This document shows positions 14,044 through 27,300 of a DNA stretch of 64,000 nucleotides, one piece after another (within the stretch, counting starts at the first letter, position 1; every line of letters starts with the position of its first letter). Under the pieces are notes generated by a model. It was not told the origin of the DNA. It saw nothing but the letters and a program-made list of their open reading frames with translations, and made no database searches. A program made the translations under genes and the position numbers. Source of the DNA: Octopus sinensis (taxonomy: Eukaryota); NCBI RefSeq assembly GCF_006345805.1, contig NC_043021.1, forward strand, positions 11,532,001 through 11,596,000. The letters run 5' to 3'.

Positions 14044-14543
14044 AAGTACATGCATGTGTGTGTGTGTGTGTCTATGAGTGTATGGCTGTGCAGTTAAGAA
14101 ATGTTTACAATCATGTGGATTCATGTTCAGTTCCACGGCACAGCACTAGGTTCACTGACTTGCATAAATTTGGTAGCCAGATATTGTGCTGAAGCCCAGT
14201 GTGTTTGTGTGTCTATAACTATTTGACAGTCGGTGTTGGTTTGTTTACATCCCTGTAATTAGTGAATTGGCAAAAAAATAAAAGGACCAACAGAAGTACC
14301 AGGTTTTAAAAACAAATACTGGGATGAATTTGTTTGACTAAAACCCTTCAAAGTGATGCTCTAGTAGGGCCACAGCCCAATAACAGAAAGAAGGAAAAGA
14401 TTTTTAAAAATACATACACACACATGCGCAAACCCAAGCATGTTTGTGTATGTATGTGTGCGTGTGCATGCACACATACATACATACACACATACATACA
14501 TACATACATACATACATCATACATACATGCATGCATACATACA

Positions 14544-14577
<34 letters not shown>

Positions 14578-14631
14578 CGTACATACGTACATACATACAT
14601 ACATACACACATACATACATACATACACACA

Positions 14632-14665
<34 letters not shown>

Positions 14666-14778
14666 CATCATACGTACATACATACATACATACATACATA
14701 TATACATACACACATACATACATACATACATACATACACACATACATACATACATACACACATAAATACATACATACA

Positions 14779-14810
<32 letters not shown>

Positions 14811-17180
14811 CAAAGGGGTGGTGAAAAGTTCCTGGCTTTGGGTAAAAGAAAATACAGGAGGATCAGTAAATTAAGATTTCATTCAACATATTCCCCTCTC
14901 AGGTTCACACACTTATTGCAGAAGTCCTTCAGTTTTTCTAAGCCCTGTAAAAGAACTCCAAAGGTTGGGCCTCCAACCAGGAGCTTTCACGATACCTTCA
15001 AAGCCAGGAACTGTTCAGTACTCCCACACATATATATATGAAACATAAATATTTATAAATACATTATATATATGTGTATGTTATATATATATATATATAT
15101 AATATATTATATATTATTGTGTTTGTTTGTTTTGTTTTTTTCCAGTTTCAGCTCTGAGCTGTGGCCATGCTGGGGCACCGCCATTGTGGTGAAAGAGTAC
15201 AGCAGGGATCACCACCCCCTGCCGAGCCTCGTAGAGCTTTTAGGTGTTTTCGCTCATAAACACACACACGCCCAGTCTGAGAATCGAAACCGTGATCCTG
15301 CGACCGCGAGTCCCGCTGCCCTAACCACTAGGCCATTGCGCCTCTATATATATTTATCATACACACTCCATGTTTCTAAATGTCAGAAATGAATCTGGTC
15401 ACCAGTTTGGAAAATAGTTTCTTCTTTGAAATGCCATCTGAAGACTAGGAACCAGCACGAGTGTGAGTAATAGCTTAGACTGGAACAATAGACAACCTTA
15501 ACACAAAACACACAAAACACACACACACACCACACACACACACTATCCCACAAACCACCATTACCACCAGCATCATCATGATCCAAATATTTTCAACATT
15601 ATATCTTTGTCTCTCTCTCTCTCTCTCTCCATCCCACTTATTTTTTCCAATGTGTCTCCACACACCACCACCTCCAACAGTGCCCCCCCCCGTCATCATG
15701 GTAACCAATAGCATTAATGACAACACCACCTCCTCCACCACAACCACAACCACTACTACCAGCACCACCGCCTCTTCACCTATGTAAAGGAAGATGTGAC
15801 ACAACGAATGTAACTCACCCCTGCCGTGTATGAGGTTACAGTGCTTCTTGTTGATTTGTGTGGATGTGGAATCTAATTTGGTCCCCTTGCTTAAGAGAAA
15901 CTACACAACTGATAATGGATAGCTTCCTATCCAGGAGGGAACACTTCTCACTTCTCCACTTCATAACACTACAAACAGCATTATAAATATTTGTAAAGTT
16001 TGAGATAACATGACACTTTTTTTTTTGGAACAGTGGATCTCGAAGCAGTCTCTGACTTTCTCTATTCAAAGGGTCTTTTGTTTTTAAGTTCAGTATTTAT
16101 AGGCACAGGAGTGGCTGTGTGGTAAGTAGCTTGTTTACCAACCACATGGTTCCGGGTTCAGTCCCACTGCGTGGCACCTTGGGCAAATGTCTTCTACTAT
16201 AGCCTCGGGCCGACCAAAGCCTTGTGAGTGGATTTGGTAGACAAAAACTGAAAGAAGCCCGCTGTATATATGTATATATATATATGCGTGTGTGTGTTTG
16301 TATGTCTGTGTTTGTCCCCCTAGCATTGCTTGACAACTGATGCTGGTGTGTTTATGTCCCCGTTACTTAGCGGTTCGGCAAAAGAGACCAATAGAATAAG
16401 TACTGGGCTTACAAAAGAATAAGTCCCAGGGTTAAGTTGCTCAATTAAAAGTGGTGCTCCAGCATGGCTGCAGTCAAATGACTGAAACAAGTAAAAGAGT
16501 AAAGAGTAAGAGTTTTTACATGCTGTTATTTTATAGCCTTAACTACTTCAAGATCCACTGTTCCAAAAAGGAACTCTACTACATCCAATTATTAGATGTT
16601 GGCTGTGGGTCCCTGAAACCTAGAGATTCAGATACAATTGAGCCCCATCCCCATTATCAATATTACTTCTTCCCCACAGCCCCACCACCACCACTCCCCC
16701 TCCTTCCAACACCTCCACTATCACCACCATCACCATTATCGACATCATCCCCATCCCTTTCATGACTATCAACACCTCCCTCACCACTATCAACATTGCC
16801 TCCAGCCACATTACAACTTAGAAGCCTTCTCTACAGGGTTGCTTGACCTGTTAGAAACAGCAGCAAAATCATCATTAAAAAATAAATCGAACCTCATTAC
16901 CTTAGCATTTAAACCAGCCATATCTGGTCCACATAGTTTATCTATTTTAATGTTCAGACTAGCCAGATCTGATCTCTCACGCCTACCCTACATTGTCATT
17001 CTAAAAACGTAAAAATCAGGCACAGGTATGGCTGTGTAGTAAGAAGCTTGCTTCTCAACCACATGGTTTGGGGTTCAGTCCCACTGCATGGCACCCTGGG
17101 CAAGTGTTTTCTACTAAAGCCTCACGCTGACCAGAGCCTTGTTAGTGGATTTGGTAGATGGAAACTGAAAGAAGCCCATC

Positions 17181-17233
<53 letters not shown>

Positions 17234-18779
17234 TCGTGTATATATACATGTATATATACATGTGTATATATACATGTGTATATATACACATCATGTATAT
17301 GTGTATGTGTGTCTGTCTGTCACCCAACCACCACTGCTTGACAACCAGTGTTGGTGTGTTTGCGTCCCCATAATTTAGCAGTTCGCCAAAAAGACCAATA
17401 GAATAAGTACCAGACTCAATAATTCCTGGGGCTGAGTCCTTCAACTACAAATCTAAGGTGGTGCTCCAGCATGGTCGCAGTCTAACGACAAGCAAAAATA
17501 CAATCACATTATCGAGCTCTCAAAGCTCCGAGATAACGAAGGGCTAATCCAAGAACAACGTGAATTAAATAAGCTTTACATTCGACAATTCTGAATGCTA
17601 AGTACGCTAATGGATTAAACAATGATGAACCCATCCACTGGATAACATAAGATACCCATATTTAGAAAAAAAAAATCAAACTGTTAGTCACATCTGGAAC
17701 GCCTTTGATCAGAGATCCAAGATCGGCTGGATCAGGGCTGACCTGGTGTTAAACAGCAAAAAAAAACAAAAACAGGAGCAATAACAACCAGAACAGGATG
17801 TCATATGGAGCCTGCTGATTCAGAAATGACCAGTGTGCATTTCGTATGAGACAACTAAAGCAAACCTAGGTGGTGGTGGTCATCGTTGTCGTTGTTTACC
17901 CAAATATATTTCTCCTTCTGTGGTTTACAGAGATCGTCTGACTCTAAGGCCAGGCTGATGACGATGATGACATCGAGTGACTTACATACTTACATTGAGG
18001 TTTTCCCCAACAATGATGATGATGACGACAACGGTGGTCATCATCATCATAGTTCGACCGTGGTCGAGACAATGGAATTTACCATGCTACGCCAGACTTC
18101 ACGGTCCATCATGGCATTACGGAGGTCCTGTTGCTGGATGCCTGTATCCCTGGAGATTACATCAGGGTAGGAGAGTGTGCACCCTCTGGCATTGTGAGTA
18201 GATGGCTTCCAAATGGCTTTTACGACAGTGGTGGTGGTGGTGGTGGTAGTGATGATGATAATGGTGGTAGTGATGTTGACTGTGACGATATTAACATTGG
18301 AGGTAGTGATGGTGATGATGGTGGTGGTGATGAGTGCAATGATGATGGCAATGTTGGTGATGATCATGATGAAGATGGTGGTGTTAATGGTGGTGGTAGT
18401 GATGTTGATGATGTTGACAGAGGTGATGATGATGATGGCAGTGGTGGTGATGATGATGATGATGAAGATGGTGGTGTTAATGGTGGTGGTGGTGGTGGTG
18501 GTAGTGATGTTGATGATGTTGACAGAGGTGGTGGTGGTGGTGCAGATGATGATAGAGAAGATGGTGAAAGCAGTTGTGATGGTGATGGTTGCAGTGATGT
18601 TGGCAGTGGTAAGGACAATGATGCTGAGCAGTGGTGGCACATTTGTACACATCCTTCCGCCACCAACAGCAGCAGTGGACCTTTCTGCCCGCCTGGATTT
18701 TTCCCTTCTGATATTCACATTGAAACTAAATTTCAAAGTTTCTATGAAGTTATTACAAATGTAATTGATCCTATTTCCA

Positions 18780-18818
<39 letters not shown>

Positions 18819-18983
18819 GGGGTGGGGAGAGAGAGATGGATAATAGAGAAAGAGGGTGGAGGGGAAAATAAATAGCTAGAAAATCTTGATTAGAAATTTG
18901 AAAAGAAAAATCTCTAAAAATATTTCTTCTTTAGCTTGAAATACCAATATATACAACATTTAAAGTGTGTGTGTTTGTGTGTG

Positions 18984-19033
<50 letters not shown>

Positions 19034-19079
19034 ATATACACACACTAATATACTACATTTAAAGTGTGTGTGTGTGTAC

Positions 19080-19114
<35 letters not shown>

Positions 19115-19140
19115 CTAATATACTACATTTAAAGTGTGTG

Positions 19141-19183
<43 letters not shown>

Positions 19184-19366
19184 ATATATATATACACACA
19201 CATACACCAATATACTACATTTAACGTGTGTATATATATATATATATGCATACATACAGACACATTTAAAGTGTGTGTGTGTATATATATATATATATAG
19301 TATGTCTAATATTGTATCATAATGCAGTATGTGTAATATAGTGTATATTATATTTACACACAAACA

Positions 19367-19409
<43 letters not shown>

Positions 19410-20241
19410 TGCTTATAGACATACATACATACACACACACACAGTGGTAACACATGCCAATTCTCAGGATTTTTATCTCACAAATTATCATGTTCAAAAA
19501 TTAGTGACAATACACACATACACTGTACTGTAAAGGCAACACACGCTCACACACATACACAAACAAACACCACACTCACATGCAAACAGACCACGCTCAC
19601 ACGTACACACACAAACAGCGATGGCATTCCTTTTGATTTTCAGAATGTCTGTTTTCTTCTTTCTACTTTGGCATTCCATTAATGCCACCATCTGACGTAC
19701 ATTTTTGCATCGATTCCATCTCACCGCCGCCATCAACACATACACACACACACCACACACACACACACACACATCCGTACATATTTTACAAATAAATATA
19801 TATTCAAAGAACATGTATATCAGTGTATAAATATATATAATTAACTTTATATAAAGACATACACACACACACACACACACACACATTGAAATACCCATTT
19901 TAAATATAACATATATATTCAACTATGAATGACGATATACACACACATGCACAAATATACATATACTTACATACATACATACATATATATATATATCTAT
20001 ATATATATAGACACACACACACACAAATACATACATGTGCATATATATTATACTTATACACAAATATGCATATATATATATATACACACACAAATATACA
20101 TACATGTGCATATATATTATACTTACAAATATACATGTACATATATTTACACACAAGTATACATATACATATATATACACACAAGTATACATATACATAT
20201 ATATACACACAAGTATACATATACATATATATACACACAAG

Positions 20242-20281
<40 letters not shown>

Positions 20282-20828
20282 TACACAAGAATACATATAT
20301 ATAAATATACATACACATATACACACACAAATATATATACATAGATACACACAAAGAAACACAAAGATACAGACACATGCACACATAATATATATATATA
20401 CACACACATACTCATACATTCACACACAAAGATACATACACAAACATATACACACAAAGATATATATAAACAAACTAACATGCACAAAATTTCAATTTTT
20501 AGAAATAAACTTTGACATTTTTTCAATATCAATATTATTTTGGTTGATTCCATCTCATTTTCTTTTTTCGCTATTAACCAATCATCGCAATATTTTCCAA
20601 TATTTTTAGCATTAAAACCAAATAAAACTTTCAAATGAGCATCAATACGGATCCTGTTTTGGTATTTAATACCAAATGGAACACACATACACACGTGCTT
20701 ACACATATAATGCATAAACACTACACACGTATATGCACCCCACATGTATACACACACTATATACATCACACACATATGCACATTTAAACACTATAAACAC
20801 ATGCATACCACACACATATATACCTATA

Positions 20829-20867
<39 letters not shown>

Positions 20868-23800
20868 GACTCACACATACATGCACATTATATAAAGTAC
20901 CATATGTTTTTATAGAAGACACATGCACATATGTTTACAGAACATACATATACGCACGCATTTGTATATACACCACATATATGCACATGAATATGCAGAT
21001 GTATACACATGTATATATACTGCATACATATATTTTACACACACACACATATATACATATATATATACATGACACATATGCACATGTATATATACCACAC
21101 ACATTTGGTATATACTCCAGACACACTTACAGAAATAACCACATGGAAATACTCAGAAAACAGAAACGAAACTAAATTATGATGAATTAATAAAGAGACC
21201 CGACATTTTTTAAAAATTAAGTGCAAAATGTATGTACATATGTATGCACACACACGCAGGCACATACACATACACACTGATAACCATCATTAAAATACAT
21301 CCTAGAATTTAATGAGGGAAAATATTTATATCAATACAAACACACCCTATAATATATATCTGTGCATGCATGTATGTATGTGTGTGTGTGTGTGTGTGTG
21401 TATTTTTATATAATTTCACATCCTTATGTACACGAATATTGTTTTTTCTAATTAGGTACAGACATTCTAGGAAGGCAGAAATGATGGTGGCACGGCAGAG
21501 AGGAGTTGTGTTACTGTGCCGTTTATGGCCACCCCTCAGAGGAAACAGGAGGGGAACAAAGTTGAGAATAAAGTGAACTCGACTCGACCAAGAATTAAAA
21601 CCTCACTTCGTTGTCCCTAAGCAAACAGTTTTGCTTTTGGGAACTATCTCATGTAGTAAGAAACTCCGCCAAGGGGGAAGCTGAACCACAGAAGGTTTTC
21701 AGAGGAGAATCCTCACACCCCAATGCATCCCATCCCATTCATACAAATATTTTGGCCCTTAAGTCCTTAGACTCTAAGGAGGGGTATCCAGGTTATGAAT
21801 CCTGGATACCCTTGTGTTGCCACATTCCGTTTCCGTGCTACTATTGTCTGCATTGCAACCCTAATGGATGGTGCCCCTAAGGCACCCCAGAGCCAATATA
21901 CCTTGGATGTTGTAACCAGTTCAGTCGAAGATGTCAGCTGACTGGAGGGTAAATTGTGCCTTCTGAAATTAAACATCTGGAGCAGACCCAGCTGGAGCTC
22001 TTCTCAGTTGCTTCATCACCTTAAGAACTCAGCTTCTCTTTCTCCTACTTTGGTACGTGCCTTTCGTCTCTGCATTGGAACATGCCTTTTATTTCTATAA
22101 TTTTTTTAAAATGCAAATCACGGCATTGTTGTGTTTACATCCCTATAACTTAACAGTTCACCAAAAGAGACCGATAAAATAAGTACCAGGCTTAGAAAAA
22201 GAATAAGTACTGGGTTACTTCAGACAACTAAAAACCCTTCAAGGCAGTGCCCCAGCATGACCACAGTCTAATGACTAAAACCAGTACAAGATTAGATATC
22301 CACTCCTTAAATTAATATGTACCATATTTTGTGGTTTATTAGACACATTTTTTCTATAAAATGTCTCCAAAAACCATACTGTGTCCTATAAACCGAAGGT
22401 CAATGATGGGAGCTATAAGTTTGGGATGTGGGCTGGGCTGTAGCTCTCCCAGTTATGTCCGATGCCAAGCCACTGAAACTAAAACAAGTCCAGCATTTCA
22501 AAATAACAGTAAATTAATAACATCTTGAGACAAGCTATTTATAAAATATTAAGCACTCTTGACTTTTTTCCTGATTATTACCTTCTAAATTGGGATGCTT
22601 CTAATGCACCGGAGTGTCTTATGAACCAGTGCTTCTCAAACTGTCTGATGTGACGTACCAGCAGTTTTTTTTCCAATGTGCCAGGGACCAGTAATATTTC
22701 TTAGTAATATTTATTTACACCGGAAACAATACATATGATGAATATAATAAAAGTTGACAAATTTTTGTTTTATCTTATATTTTGTAAGCAAATAATACAA
22801 TATTAGATAAGCATTTTAAAAGAATTTTATAAGGTTTCTTTCTTTTCTGGAAACTTGCCACATACAGGGTTTTGAGATTTTGATGAGATAACTTAATTTT
22901 TAGGATGTTATTGTAGGGTAGGTGTGAGAGGCCAGATCTGGCTAGTTGAACTCTTTAGCACTCAGACACTTCTGCCAAATGTAATGCTCTTTTATTCATG
23001 TTGTCTTGAATTAATCATGCATTATTTTGTGGCTTCAAGATTTCATCAGCACAATCATCATTGTTTAACATCTGCTTTCCATGCTACCATGGGTTGTACG
23101 ATTTGACAGAGGACTGGCGAACCAGATGGCTGCACCAGGCTCCAATCTGATCTGGCAAGGTTTCTGCAGCTGGATGCCCTTCCTAATACCAACCATTCCG
23201 AGAGTGTAGTGGGTGTTTTTACATGCCACCGGCACGAGGGCCAATCAGGCGGTATTGTCAATGGCCACACTCAAGTGGTGCTTTTTATGTGCCATCTGCA
23301 CAGGAGCCAGTCCAGCGGCACTGGCAACGACCTCGTTCAAATGATTTTCATGTGCCACCGGCACAAGTGCCAGTAAGGCGATGCTGGTAACGATCACATT
23401 TATGTGGTGCTTTTTGCATGCCACCGGCAAGGAAGCCAGTCAGTTGTTCTGGCAGTGATCATGCTCAGATGGTGCTCTCAGTGCTCCACAGGCATGGGTG
23501 CCAGCCATCAAATTTGCTGATGTGAATTGTTTATTTTTAATATGACATTGTAGGATAGGTGTGAGATGGTGGATCTGGCCAGTTTGAACATAAACAAGGC
23601 AGAATATTATGGCTGGTTTAAATGCTAAAGGGTTAAATGACAAAAGTACGATGGAGAGAAAGACAGGGATGCGGAGTTGGTCAGGAGGACGGACTGGCTG
23701 TAATAGGAGGACAAAGAGGGAGATGAAGCGATAAAGGCAAGAGTAGGTGATGGGTGGCAATCAAGAAGATTCAGAGGGGAGAGGGAGTGTTGGCTGGCAA

Positions 23801-24350
23801 GTTAGAGTGATTTGGATGGTGAGGAAGATGATAGCCATCCGATGTGCTCTGTATTAAATTTGGAAAACTTTTCTGGAAGACCTGAAGCCAAGTAGGCTAC
23901 TGAGGACACTTTCTGTTATGGGCTCTGGTTTAACCCTTTTGTTACTAACCCGGCCAAAACCGGGTCTGGCTCTGTGGTAAAAATGTCTTGCTTTCATAAG
24001 TTTTGAATTTAAATCTTCCACCAAACCTTAGTCACAATTTATTTTCCTAACACTAGCTGAATGATAACTAAGTTATTTTACTAAATTCTTGGTATATTTA
24101 AAGTAATTGAAAGAAACATAGAGCATCTCAACAGAAATACAGTAACGAAAGGGTTAACCAGTTTCACTTGCAATGATGGGGTTGCTTTGGGGCCATGATA
24201 AATGACATTTGCGCATGATTCCCCAAAGTGGGATAATACTCCAACCAATATAACAATTTGCATCTATATCAGGAAACCTTATTAGACTAGCTCCTATTAT
24301 ATTAAACTTGAACATAGGAAACAAAAGTGAGTACTTTTGTTGGTCAGCTT

Positions 24351-24391
<41 letters not shown>

Positions 24392-27300
24392 TTTGTGGTC
24401 GTGATCACGAGATGCTGTCATTATCTATCATCGTTAATATTAAAATCGTCATCAGCAGCAGCAGCATTATTAATGTCATCTGTTTATGAATAACATCATT
24501 AAAATATTTGAATATGTATTTTGTTATGTTAGCACAATAACAAAACTATTTCGATGCAAACAAGGCAGGGGTGGTGGCCAGCATTCTAGTTTTGCATAGA
24601 ATTGTTCTGGTTTGCCTTTTATTATTCGGAATGCAGTAAATTGAGAATATATATCTGTGTATGTGTTCGTGTGTGTCTGTGCGTGTTCGTGCGTGTTCGT
24701 GTGTCTGTGCGTGTTCGTGTGTGTTTGTGCGTGTTCGTGTGTGTGTGCATGTTCGTGTGTGTTTGTGCATTCGTGTGTGTTTGTGCATTCGTGTGTGTTT
24801 GTGCATTCGTGTGTGTTTGTGCGTGTTCGTGTGTCTGTACATGTTCGTGTGTGTTTGTGCATTCGTGTGTGTTTGTGCATTCGTGTGTGTTTGTGCGTGT
24901 TCGTGTGCCTGTGCATGTTCGTGTGTGTTTGTGCATTCGTGTGTGTTTGTGCATTCGTGTGTGTTTGTGCGTGTTCGTGTGTCTGTGCATGTTCGTGTGT
25001 GTTTGTGCATTCGTGTGTGTTTGTGCATCCGTGTGTGTTTGTGCATTCGTGTGTGTTTGTGCGTGTTCGTGTGTCTGTGCATGTTCGTGTGTGTTTGTGC
25101 ATTCGTGTGTGTTTGTGCATTCGTGTGTGTTTGTGCATTCGTGTGTGTTTGTGCATTCGTGTGTGTTTGTGCGTGTTCGTGTGTCTGTGCATGTTCGTGT
25201 GTGTTTGTGCATTCGTGTGTTTGTGCATCCGTGTGTGTTTGTGCATTCGTGTGTGTTTGTGCGTGTTCGTGTGTCTGTGCATGTTCGTGTGTGTTTGTGC
25301 ATTCGTGTGTGTTTGTGCGTGTTCGTGTGTCTGTGCATGTTCGTGTGTGTTTGTGCATTCGTGTGTGTGTTTGTGCATTCGTGTGTGTTTGTGCGTGTTC
25401 GTGTGTGTCTGTGCATGTTCGTGTGTGTTTGTGCATCCGTGTGTGTTTGTGCATCCGTGTGTGTCTGTGCATGTTCGTGTGTGTTTGTGCATTCGTGTGT
25501 GTTTGTGCGTGTTCGTGTGTCTGTGCATGTTCGTGTGTGTTTGTGCATCCGTGTGTGTTTGTGCATCCGTGTGTGTTTGTGCATTCGTGTGTGTTTGTGC
25601 ATTCGTGTGTGTTTGTGCGTGTTCGTGTGTTTTTGCGTGTCCGTATGTTTGTGCGTGTGCGTGTTCGTATGTGTTTGCATGCGTGTGTGTGTGCCTTTAT
25701 ATGTGTGGGTGTGTGAGTGTTTGCATGTGAGTGCATGTGTGTATTTGTATATGAGTGATTGTGTTTGTATGAATTCATGTGCATTTGTATGTGTGTATAT
25801 GTGTATGTGTGTGTTTCTACGTATGAGTCTGCACGAGTGTGTGTGCATGTGTGTGTTTCTATGTATGCATGCATTTGTATGTGCATGTGTCTGTGTGGGA
25901 AGGGTGGTAGGTAAGCAGGCAGATATAGATATTTGTGTGTGAGCATGCATACATAAAGCCATGGGGCTGAAATGCAAACTCCACTTTGGCAGAATTTGAT
26001 CTCAAAACCGACATTTGAAACTAAGGAGCCTACAAAGATCAAAACTCAGTTGTGTGGGTAAGAAACTTGCTCCCCAACCCCTTGGTTCTGGCTGAGAGGG
26101 GTGCTGTCAGATTTACTTTTCGTCCTTCTGGGGTCCAGGGGGAAGAGGAGCGATTAAATATTAAGCATAAAGGAATTTCACCCTCCCAAGAAACACAGGC
26201 CAGCAGCGAAGACCATTAGCCCTTTAGACCTCATGTCTTGCGCAATCACTCGTGTTCTTTCCATCGTTCTTTGGTCTCCCCAGCTTCCACAGAAGCACCT
26301 TTCATGAGAAGGACTCCCAGAGATTCAATCTCTGAATCAGAGAGGATCCTTTGCTTGTCTGAAACAAGCAGCCAGGTACATAGGTTGTTTTGCTTTTCAT
26401 AGCAAATGTTTTCACACACAGCAGGGATGCTACCCCTCCTGCTATACTCCCCTCCACTCAAACCTGGAAGGCCCCGCTGGTGATTAACAGCTTTCTTCAA
26501 CTGTAACATACCTGCAGACAACAGACAAGCAATTGGTGTCATATTTTCTTTCGTTCTTTCTTTTTTTGATATCGGCTGTTGGAGAGTACCTCCCTTTCTC
26601 CACCTACACAGGGGGAGGATGGTACCATTATTTTGTCCCTGTGCCAGAGAGGTAAAGGGAGAAGGGCAACAGCCCCTACTGTGTGTAAAAACATTTGCTA
26701 TGAAAACAACTAAGAGCAAAATAATCCACATATTTAGATGTCTGTTTAAACAGCAAGGAAGTCTATCTGCTGCTGAGATTGATAGTTGGGGTTCTTTCTA
26801 TGAAAGCTGGAGACCAAAGAATGGGGGGAAAGAACTAAAATCTGCTATAAGGTATTGCTCAAGACATGAGGACTAAGGGGTACTGATCTATGTAGCTGGC
26901 CTTTGCTCCTTGGGAAGCTGAAACTCCCAAGTACCATATCAATATTTTATCAACTCCCATCCCAAGAAGGAAGAAAAGAAAATCTGACCATGTCCAGTAA
27001 GTTCCCTGTCATCAATTCACCGCAGGGAAAGTTCCCTGTCATCAATTCCCCGCAGGGAAAGTTCCCTGTCATCAATTCACCGCAGGGAAAGTTCCCTGTC
27101 ATCAATTCCCCGCAGGGAAAGTTCCCTGTCATCAATTCACCGCAGGGAAAGTTAACTGTCATCAATTCACCGCAGGGAAAGTTCCCTGTCATCAATTCAC
27201 CGCAGGGAAAGTTCCCTGTCATCAATTCCCCGCAGGGAAAGTTCCCTGTCATCAATTCACCGCAGGGAAAGTTCCCTGTCATCAATTCCCCGCAGGGAAA

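Noticed and set aside
18047-18871. Gly/Asp-rich and Thr/Ile-rich ORFs
   Set aside because: Trinucleotide low-complexity repeat fused to an RTE LINE end.
21782-21811. Perfect 11-bp hairpin GGGTATCCAGG/CCTGGATACCC
   Set aside because: Isolated, with no ribozyme, terminator or ncRNA context I can support.
24524-26042. Overlapping 330-500 aa His/Thr- or Cys/Val-rich ORFs
   Set aside because: Translations of an 18-bp GT minisatellite, open in all six frames.
26246-26731. 161-aa ORF with a signal-peptide-like N-terminus
   Set aside because: Lies within the degenerate foldback; no recognisable domain; the homologous opposite arm is not open in the same way.
26106-26988. Strand-specific G-U wobble bias in the foldback
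   Set aside because: Some segments favour minus-strand wobbles, but the middle segment is evenly split; this is consistent with a plain excess of transitions.
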